NCBI GenBank assembly: GCA_039028615.1
Contig: JBCCHT010000020.1
Location: forward strand, 149,307 to 213,306
Length of the DNA: 64,000 nt
Source of the DNA: Myxococcota bacterium
Lineage (GTDB): Bacteria; Myxococcota_A; Polyangia; Nannocystales; Nannocystaceae
Reading direction: 5' to 3'
Shown: positions 56,740-64,000 of the stretch, piece after piece
Position numbering within the stretch: the first letter of the stretch is position 1
How the letters are laid out: each line of letters starts with the position of its first letter
Made by a program: the position numbers and the translations under genes
The notes under the pieces: generated by a model
What the model was told of the DNA's origin: nothing
Seen by the model: only the letters and a program-made list of their open reading frames with translations
Database searches by the model: none

Positions 56740-56904
56740 GCGGACAGGTGCCATTCGTTGAAAATTCGGGGTGGCCCAGGCCTACCCACCGCGTCAGACT
56801 CCCCTTCAGCTTCGCCCCTTAAGGCCCGCGTCAGTCCTGAACTACGCCTGCACTCTCCGCAGGTTTACATATGTCGCAATTATCGGCGAAATTCCCGGGT
56901 GCGG
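56740..56904. mobile_element. ~165-bp non-coding element, copy 1 (MITE-like, dif-like site at 56862-56890)
   Basis: Direct repeat of 61234-61399; imperfect terminal inverted repeats; GCGG at both ends. Confidence 0.75.
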
Positions 56905-57476
56905 GCGGCCGAACTCCATGTCGTCTCTGGCCCAACCGTGGCGGCCGTTGCATACGCTGGGGGCGAGGGCGTGTCGCTGGAGGCGGCGCAGATGCTCGGG
57001 ACAGTGGAGGGGGCAGCTAGTGCCGTCGCGACGCAGCCAAAGAGACGCGCATCTCAGCGGACGGCGTCGTCACGGAAGGTCGATCGGATCGCCGACCAAC
57101 GGAGCGCACGTGCCGCAAAAGAGGGAGGGATCGCTGATGACGCATTTGTTGTTCGCGGAGGCGTAGCGACGAAGGAGCAGATCGCAAAGGGCATCGGCCC
57201 GCACCGTGACGTTCCTGGCTTGGAGGGCTTCTCAGCTCAGTCCAGGGCAGGCGCCACGGTGGAGGAACTTGCTGCTACCGGTGGCGTTGGGGGCAGGCCT
57301 TTCCCACATGGGCAAGTCAGCGTTACAACAGCTGGAAACTCAGATGTATAGGGTGCGAGGTAGTGCGGAGTCCTGGAGGTGGTGCGAACCACGTTACCGT
57401 CACCCCAGGGAAGGCAACCCCGGCCGATATTGCCGGTCAGTTTACCCAGCGGCCCAACCCCGCGAGGCGAGAATGA
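56905..57476 (+). pseudogene. Orphan polymorphic (RHS-type) toxin C-terminus, frameshifted
   Basis: No start; FVVRGG...GFSAQS...ELA...PHGQVSVTT; adding one base at the A-run 57336-57338 continues LRCIGCEVVRSPGGGANHVTV to a TGA overlapping the next ATG. Confidence 0.7.
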
Positions 57477-57706
57477 AGGAAATCTACGCAGACTTCAACG
57501 ATGTCGCGGCGGACCGAACGTTGCCTCTCACCTGTGTCGGCAGTCGGACGAGCATTGACGAGCTACCCGAGAACTTGAAAGAGGGAGAGGAAGTCAGGCT
57601 CACGGATGGGGAGCTAGTTGCCGTAGCGACTGTCCACCGTCGGGAAGACGGAATTTGGGAGGCGCGCTCGGATTGGGAGTTCCGGCACAATAAGGAGCAG
57701 GATTGA
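57473..57706 (+). CDS. Putative immunity protein (77 aa)
   Basis: ATGA coupling to toxin frame; MKEIYADFND...LKEGEEVRLTDGEL...WEARSDW; small, acidic. Confidence 0.7.
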   Translation: MKEIYADFNDVAADRTLPLTCVGSRTSIDELPENLKEGEEVRLTDGELVAVATVHRREDGIWEARSDWEFRHNKEQD

Positions 57707-57965
57707 ACGCTCACGCACGGCGGCGAACAGCCTCGACGGCGTGGTTGGTGACGACCTCCCGTTGTGAGCGACGATGCCCTTGCGCTCGCGGCGTGCCACG
57801 AATGCACGCAAACTCATAGTCGGCATTGCGTGATTGGCCTTCGGTGTTCACGGCTTGCTCCCCGTGTTCTTGGCCGGCCGTGTTCATCGCCGTGGAGCCG
57901 TCATCTCATCCAACGAAAGGAAGCCTGGCGCCCTCGTCCTGGCGAGACAGCTCTTCGTTGGCAGC

Positions 57966-58268
57966 CTACTGAACCCGTCGCAGGTCGATTCGATCCAGCA
58001 CCTTCTTGGTCACCGGCCGCTTCTCATCGGGAACCAGCAGCGCCCGCAGCAACGACTGGACCGGCAGCGACTGCAGCTGCTCCAACGCCCGCCGGGCCGC
58101 CCCCTCCTCCTCGAAGCCGATGAAGTAGCAGGTGTCATCCAGCATCATCGGTCGGCCCGACTCGTCCAGGCCGATCAGCGAGAACTCGCTCTTCTCGTAG
58201 AGCCCGGAAATGGCGACCTTCCACGGCGCAAAGGAGTAGGGCCCGAGCCCGAACACGTCGTCGATCAT
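57966..58268 (-). pseudogene. C-terminal fragment of a type II adenine DNA methyltransferase-like gene
   Basis: FGLGPYSFAPWKVAISGLY...PMMLDDTCYF...KRPVTKKVLDRIDL; catalytic motifs absent; recognition from memory. Confidence 0.6.
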
Positions 58269-58378
58269 GGTCCGTGGGAGTTCCTCCTCGGGCGACGCGG
58301 ACGACCTGCATCGGCAAGCTCGACCGGAGACTCACGATCGTTTCTCGACGCCGGCCACCCGACGCACGCACGCTACGC

Positions 58379-60136
58379 TCAGTCCGCGCAGCACATCACG
58401 CCGGCCGTATCATTGTAGTTGCAGCCGCCGAGGTACGCCTGCGGATAGTACAGCTGCGAGACGACGGTCCCACAGCTATGCCAGTTGCACTGGTTTCCCA
58501 TCGGGTCGTCGACCTGAGGCGCACAGACGCGCATCGGCTCCCCCTGTCGACAAGGCGTACCACCGCTCTGCACCGCCATGCAGCTTCCACTCCCCTGGCC
58601 GCCATACTGCAGATTGGTCGATAGCCAGTAGTGGTGGTCGGGAACGACGAGAGGGCCATCGAAGATGCTCACGTTGTTGGCCACGTACTCCTCATGGCTA
58701 CACACATGGTAGCCGTCCGCGCACATGAGATCGCGGACGAACGGAGCGCTCACCACGCTCGCCGCACAGCCATACATCACGTCGGGGACGAACACCTGGG
58801 CCTTGCCCACGCACCCGGTCTCGACCGGGTACTCGTCCATGAGCCACGTCATGATCTCACCCGTCCCGAAGTCGTCGACGTCCTCGTCTGGGTGCGTGCT
58901 CCCGTGCTGATTGGTGAGCACGATGTATGCGTGGTCGCGATCGGGAACGACCCGGAACTTCGAGGTGAACTTCTCGGGGCCGTTCGCACCCGAGTGCGAT
59001 AGATAGTCCGCCCATTCGGTGCGCGCTTCGCCGTCCAGGTGAGTCCAGCCGAACGCGTAGTCGAGGCCAAACGGCGCCGCGTGCAAGGTCTGGAGCGGCT
59101 CCCGCTCGTCCCTCATGTGGTACGCGGCGTACTTCGCCAGGCCATGGACGTCGCAGACCACGTTCTTGGCCGGGTCGTAGAAGTGCGGATACGGATCTCG
59201 GAGACCATAGGTGACGTTCTGCCCCGCCCCCATCACCTCACCCGACCACTGGTGCCCGCGCGCCGTGGGAGGATTCAAGGCATCGATCACGTTGCATTGC
59301 GTCATCCCCAGCGGAGAGAACAACCGCTGGGCGATGTTCCACTCGAAGGTCGTCGAGTTGGTCTTCTCGATCAGTGCACCCGCGACCGCATAGCCGATGT
59401 TGGTGTACTCGTAGTCGGACATCGCGAGCGGATCGATCTCCCCGTCGGCGTCGATGTCCGCGAAGTAGATCCGATCCATGATGAACCCCCAGCGATGATC
59501 GAAACCGGACTCAGGGGCCGGGTTCTGCCAGTCGTAGACCGAGAGGACGGACGACTTCGGATAGCCGCCGTAGTGTGCCAACAAGGCCGTGACCGTGGCT
59601 TGATCGCGATCGTTGCCGAACTCGACGCCCGCGTAGCCGGGATGGCCTGGCGCCATGAGGATGGACCCCACGGTGTCGGTCCACGAGAGCAGGCCGTCGT
59701 CGACCATGTCGCCGAGCACGGTCGCCGTCATGCTCTTCGTGACCGAGCCGATGAGGAAGGTGTCGGTGTCCTCCATGGCCTCGCCGGTCTCGACGTTGGC
59801 CACTCCCGTGACGCCCAGGTGCGTGATGTAGTCCCCCTCCACCACCGCGACCACCGCGCCCGCGACGTGCTCGCCGGCGAGGAACGTTTGGAGGTGCTGG
59901 CTGATGTCCTCCGCGGAGGCCGCATCGCGCGGCGAGGTCAGCACGGCATCGACCGGCTCCATCGTCTCGTGCGACTCGCGCGTCTGCCGCGGTAGCGGTA
60001 GCGGCTCGTCACGCACCTGCGGCTCGTCGTCGATGACCTCCAGCTCATCGTCGAGCTCGACATCCATGCACCCTACGAGCGACGAGACAGCGAGCACGCA
60101 GAGGCCCCTACGGACAATCGTCTTCGGTTCATTCAT
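58379..60136 (-). CDS. Serine hydrolase (beta-lactamase class C-like) lipoprotein with Cys-rich C-terminal domain
   Basis: GGAGG RBS; LVGC lipobox; IGSVTKS (SxxK), YTNIGY (YxN), HSG. Confidence 0.88.
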   Translation of the reverse strand: MNEPKTIVRRGLCVLAVSSLVGCMDVELDDELEVIDDEPQVRDEPLPLPRQTRESHETMEPVDAVLTSPRDAASAEDISQHLQTFLAGEHVAGAVVAVVEGDYITHLGVTGVANVETGEAMEDTDTFLIGSVTKSMTATVLGDMVDDGLLSWTDTVGSILMAPGHPGYAGVEFGNDRDQATVTALLAHYGGYPKSSVLSVYDWQNPAPESGFDHRWGFIMDRIYFADIDADGEIDPLAMSDYEYTNIGYAVAGALIEKTNSTTFEWNIAQRLFSPLGMTQCNVIDALNPPTARGHQWSGEVMGAGQNVTYGLRDPYPHFYDPAKNVVCDVHGLAKYAAYHMRDEREPLQTLHAAPFGLDYAFGWTHLDGEARTEWADYLSHSGANGPEKFTSKFRVVPDRDHAYIVLTNQHGSTHPDEDVDDFGTGEIMTWLMDEYPVETGCVGKAQVFVPDVMYGCAASVVSAPFVRDLMCADGYHVCSHEEYVANNVSIFDGPLVVPDHHYWLSTNLQYGGQGSGSCMAVQSGGTPCRQGEPMRVCAPQVDDPMGNQCNWHSCGTVVSQLYYPQAYLGGCNYNDTAGVMCCAD

Positions 60137-60253
60137 GACAGGTCCCTCCCGGAGGGCGAAAGGCACGTCACACACCACCGTCGCGCGACGGTGGCAGACG
60201 GGCGAGACGCCCCGGTTCCCTCGACTAGGTCCGCGAGCTCGCCGTGCGGATCA

Positions 60254-61233
60254 CTAGCAGGCTGTTAAAAAGCGGGCATCCTTGACGATTTTTCGCTGAG
60301 GTGACCGTGGCTTGACCCTCTCGCGGTTGATTCGGAGCCTCTCGGGGGGGCAGGTCGGTGGCCTGCCCCCCTGCTCCCTCATGTCGTAGCGGCCATCAGC
60401 CGAGATATCCGCAAAATGTTGTAGGCCTTGCCCAGGATGTACGCGGCCATCTGGGTGCGTTCAGTGCCACGGAAGCGAGTTCGGCGTAGTCCTCCTACGG
60501 TCTTGAACCAACCAAAGATCTCCTCGATCCGCCTCCGAACCCTTTGGCTGATGGCGTAGCCAGCGTGACGAGTGGTTCGGCCGTCGATGGCCGAACCTCT
60601 ATGCTCGGTGATGTTCTGCGTGACGTGGGGGGTGAATCCCCTTCGTCGTAGCTCAGCGACGAAAGCCTTGGTGTCGTAGTTTTTGTCCGCCCCGACGGTC
60701 ACGCCAGGGCCTTCACCGACGTTGCATGCGAGCATCTCGAGCGCGGCATCCCGCTCGAGTCGCCCGTTCATGATGTCGATCCGGAAATCGACGAGCAGTC
60801 CGTGGCGGTTCTCCATCAAGGCGTTGCCGCCGAAACACAACTTGGCCTCTCGCCCATTGCCCTTGCGCCACAACCGAGCCTCTGGGTCCGTCTTGGACTC
60901 GTGGGTCTCGTTGCTGCGCTTCTTGCCGCGAAAATCAGACCAGCCGTTGTGGTCGTCGTCGTCATCGTCCTTGGGACGAAAACTCTTCGCCGAAGCCCAA
61001 GCTTCGATCATCGTGCCGTCCACGCTGAAGTGTTCCGAGCTCATCAGCCCTGCTGACCGCGCCTGGTCAACCACCGCGTCGAAGAACCGAACGGCGACCT
61101 CGTGCTCGAGCAGCCGGTCTCGGTTCTTGGCGAAAGTCGAATGATCGAAAGCATCCTCGACCATGTCCATGTCGAGAAACCACCGGTACAGCAGGTTGTA
61201 CTGGAGTTGCTCGCACAACTGCCGCTCGCTGCG
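60254..61233 (-). mobile_element. IS5-family insertion sequence, left end missing
   Basis: CTAG target + CAGGCTGTTAAAAA inverted repeat; hairpin at 60345-60371; transposase reading toward this end. Confidence 0.88.
60379..61233 (-). pseudogene. IS5-family DDE transposase, 5'-truncated
   Basis: RSERQLCEQLQYNLLYRWF, DHSTFAKNR, VDGT, GADKNYD, RRRIEEIFGW; N-terminus replaced by the 165-bp element. Confidence 0.88.
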
Positions 61234-61399
61234 GCGGATAGGTGCCATTCGCTGGAAATTCGGGGTGGCTCCGATGTACCCACCGCGTCAGGCTCACGCT
61301 GAGCTTCGCCCCCTCGAGGCACGCGTCAGTCCTGAACTACGCGTGCACTCTCCGCAGGTTTACATATGTCGCAATTATCGGCGAAATTCCCGGGTGCGG
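61234..61399. mobile_element. ~165-bp non-coding element, copy 2 (dif-like site at 61357-61385)
   Basis: Last 78 bp differ from copy 1 at one base; first half more diverged. Confidence 0.75.
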
Positions 61400-61765
61400 C
61401 CCGCACTGGAGCACGCTGCGGCCCCCCAAAGGGCCCGGGTGCGGGCCGACGAGCGCCGCCGCCTGGTGGAGCCCGAGTCTCGCGTCACCCGCTGCTCGAC
61501 GACGGCCTCGAGGTCGCCTGGTACGAGCTGCCGGCCAACAGCTCCAGCGGCGAGATGTAGGCCAACCGAGCCGGCGTGGTCGAGCTGGTCACCGTGCTCG
61601 ACGGGACCCTCACCCTCGTGCTGGGCGGCGACGAGCACGTGCTCGCCAAGGACGACGGAGCCATGTACTCGCCCACCGCCACCACCGAGTATCGCAACGA
61701 CCAGGCGCGCAAGAAGTGCCGGTTCCTGCTGCTCAGCGACAGCTCCAAGGCCGGCTCCGGCATGA
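61400..61765 (+). pseudogene. Fragment of XRE/cupin transcriptional regulator (cupin part only)
   Basis: LEVAWYELPA...VVELVTVLDGTLTL...YRN; in-frame TAG at 61558-61560, frameshift near 61490, no HTH. Confidence 0.6.
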
Positions 61766-62217
61766 CCGACCCCGCCCCCACCGAGCAGCGCTTCACCTCC
61801 CGCTGGGGCCTCATCCTCAGCGTGCTCGGCATCGCCGTGGGCACCGGCAACATCTGGAGGTTCCCGCGCATCGCCGCCAACAACGGCGGCGAGGCGGGGG
61901 CCGGCGCCTTCTTGGTCGCGTGGGTGGTGTTCCTGCTGGTGTGGAGCCTGCCGCTGATCATCGCCGAGTACGCGCTGGGTCGCTCCGCCCGCAAGGGCGT
62001 GGTGGGCAGCGTGCTCCACCACGGCGGCCCCCGCCGCACCTGGATGGGCGCGTTCGTGGGGCTCACCGCCACCGCGATCATGTTCTACTACTCGGTCGTC
62101 GCCGGCTGGTGCATCCACGACGTGGCCGCCACCAGCCTGCACGACCTGCCCACCACCACCGCCGCCTCCACCGGGATCTGGGAGTCGGTGGGTTGCTGCT
62201 CGCCAACCGGTGGCTGA
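61762..62217 (+). pseudogene. 5' fragment of sodium-dependent transporter (SNF/NSS family)
   Basis: FTSRWGLILSVLGIAVGTGNIWRFP, GAFL, FYYSVVAGW; ends after about three TM helices. Confidence 0.82.
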
Positions 62218-62315
62218 CGCGGCGGCTGGAGTGAGGGTGATGGCCGTTCGAAGAGCGGCCGACGCGAGCATTCGGCTCGCGTCGGCCCCGGTATCGGAGG
62301 AGAGCTCCGGCGAGA

Positions 62316-63686
62316 TCAGATGCACTCGCCGGGCTGGCACTCCACCGCGCCCACGTCCATGTCGTCACCGGGGTTCCGCGACTCCCCCCGCTGGTCGACG
62401 GGGCTCACCCAGACGCCGCCGAACGCGTCGATCATCGGGCTCCCGGGCAGCGGCATCATCGTGGGCGTCGGGCCCCCGTTGTCGGCGAGCGGCCCCACCT
62501 GGAGGTCGGTGTTGGTCAGATCGTTGGGCGCCGTGTCGCAGCTGTCGTCGGCGAACACGTTGTATCCGAACGTGAGGTTCGGCGTCGGGCCACCACATGC
62601 CGGGTTGCCGGGGTGGCCATCGATGGCGTTGAGGACGAAGTCCATCGTCCCACCATTCCGGTAGAACGCCCCGAGGTGAGACGCGTTGTCCACCGCCGTC
62701 ACGTGCGACGCGCCGAACCATCCCGAGTTGTTCACAACCGAGCCCTGCTGCGCCGCGTTGAGAGCAAAGGTGCTGTTGTGCACCATCATGTGGCCATCGC
62801 TCTCCACTCGGATGGTGCCCTGCAGCAGCTGGTTGTGGGAGAACGTGGAGCTCGACACGGTGCCGGTCATGTTGTCGCTCACCCGCACCCCATACTGGCT
62901 CGAGTTGTTGTCGTGGAAGTGCATGTCGTCGATGTCATAAGGCCCCTGCATGTCGACGATGACGTCGCCCTGACAGTCGGAGACCTCCACGCCGTCCATC
63001 GTGGAGTCGTCGTAGTCCACCGACAGGACCGCGCCGCTCCCGTTGGCCTCGTTCGCGGTGAAGGTTGCATCGTAGATCCACGCGAAGCTCGCCCCGCCGA
63101 CGTCCCCGACCCCGCGCACCACGCTCCCACTCGCGGAGTCGGTGGTGTTGCCAGTGAACGTCGTCCCCTGGATCAGCAGGTCGGCATCGTCGGCGTAGAC
63201 CACCTCCGTGTCGTAGTCGAACGAGTGCACCTCGGACTGAGAGAAGTAGACGTACTGGGCGCCGTCGGCATGGATCGCACCTGCATCGGCGGCCACCCCC
63301 TCCACGGAGACGCCGCCGAACATCACCCACGTGTCACTGCCGGTCGCGTGCATCCCGAACTCACCCGGGAGATCCACCTGGATCGTCGTCTGGCCGACCC
63401 CGGCACCCGAGATGAAGATCGCGTCCTTGATGTCGATCGGCCCCTCGACGACATTGTCGATCACATAGGTATCGGCCGAGAGCACGATCGTGTCCCAGTC
63501 GTGCGACTGGCTCGCCCGATAGACGGCGGTCCGCAGCGAGCACATTCCCGGTATCCCAGCGCGACATGCCCCGGGCGTGAAGGTGTCCGCCGTGGTATCG
63601 ACGACGATCGTCGCCGCCAGGGCCGTGGAGCTGGGCAGCACGCCGGCCACGCCGACCAGCAGAGCGATGAGGTTCGAACGCTTCAT
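62316..63686 (-). CDS. Secreted CSLREA/beta-helix protein with choice-of-anchor Q C-terminus
   Basis: Signal peptide ending ALA; VDTTADT...CSLRTAV; LADNGGPTPTMMPLPGSPMIDA...DQRG...DVGAVE. Confidence 0.85.
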   Translation of the reverse strand: MKRSNLIALLVGVAGVLPSSTALAATIVVDTTADTFTPGACRAGIPGMCSLRTAVYRASQSHDWDTIVLSADTYVIDNVVEGPIDIKDAIFISGAGVGQTTIQVDLPGEFGMHATGSDTWVMFGGVSVEGVAADAGAIHADGAQYVYFSQSEVHSFDYDTEVVYADDADLLIQGTTFTGNTTDSASGSVVRGVGDVGGASFAWIYDATFTANEANGSGAVLSVDYDDSTMDGVEVSDCQGDVIVDMQGPYDIDDMHFHDNNSSQYGVRVSDNMTGTVSSSTFSHNQLLQGTIRVESDGHMMVHNSTFALNAAQQGSVVNNSGWFGASHVTAVDNASHLGAFYRNGGTMDFVLNAIDGHPGNPACGGPTPNLTFGYNVFADDSCDTAPNDLTNTDLQVGPLADNGGPTPTMMPLPGSPMIDAFGGVWVSPVDQRGESRNPGDDMDVGAVECQPGECI

Positions 63687-64000
63687 CGAATCTTCCGTTT
63701 CATCTTCGTGGGGTAGCTCGAAGCAACGAGGAAGGCCCCACGCCCTCCCTCGAACGCGACCGTTCGTCGATCGCATCAACGACGGTCCACAATGCCGACG
63801 AGTGGATCACGGATTTTCAAGTGGATCCGATCTTTGGTGGTAGAGCCGATACCGAGCCATCGTAGGTTCGAGAGACACTCGATCGTGGGCCCCTTCGAAC
63901 GGACGCGGGGGGCCGCGCGGCGACAGCCCCGGGGGGGCCCCGGGTGGCGGGGGGGGGCAGAAAATAACACACAAACCCGGAGTGTTTAAAAAGGGCCCCC

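Noticed and set aside
56758..57351. 197-aa ORF starting inside element copy 1 (and 61163-61765 through copy 2)
   Set aside because: The N-terminal part is translated non-coding element; only the distal part is a toxin or cupin remnant
56740..61399. The two 165-bp repeats as a CRISPR array, integron attC sites or tRNA-derived att sites
   Set aside because: Only two copies 4.5 kb apart, too long for CRISPR repeats, no RYYYAAC/GTTRRRY ends, no cloverleaf
61576..62217. Novel cupin-SNF transporter fusion
   Set aside because: Both halves are truncated; the ATGA at 61762-61765 suggests two originally coupled genes joined by decay
63900..64000. G/C homopolymer-rich, palindromic window end
   Set aside because: Low-complexity sequence cut by the window edge and possibly of low quality; cannot be interpreted

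Overview
GC-rich (roughly 70% by eye) bacterial chromosomal DNA, most likely Myxococcota (Nannocystales/Polyangia-like). This rests on a MYXO-CTERM protein, a TIGR02266-type PilZ protein, a PEGA protein, three large Ser/Thr kinases, many Cys-rich lipoproteins and frequent apparently leaderless genes. I found no rRNA, tRNA or CRISPR array. The first 55 kb mix metabolic, envelope and secreted-protein genes: GH31, CRTAC1-like, enoyl-CoA hydratase, MATE, iodotyrosine deiodinase-like nitroreductase, AsnB, Coq4-like, Rieske oxygenase, CapK/PaaK-like, Wzy/O-antigen ligase-like and GT2. They also hold two duplicated pairs (convergent beta-propeller/di-heme cytochrome c lipoproteins; tandem M4 proteases), two lower-GC cassettes (trypsin + small protein; kinase + small protein + ECF sigma) and a BlaI/BlaR1-like locus whose sensor is a lytic transglycosylase. 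The most unusual feature is at 56.7-62.2 kb. Two direct copies of a ~165-bp non-coding element, each with imperfect terminal inverted repeats and an Xer/dif-like site, sit at the breakpoints of 5'-truncated genes. They bracket a mosaic of a frameshifted toxin tip plus intact immunity gene, a methyltransferase fragment, a serine hydrolase and a truncated IS5. All calls come from motif reading by eye; no database search was run.
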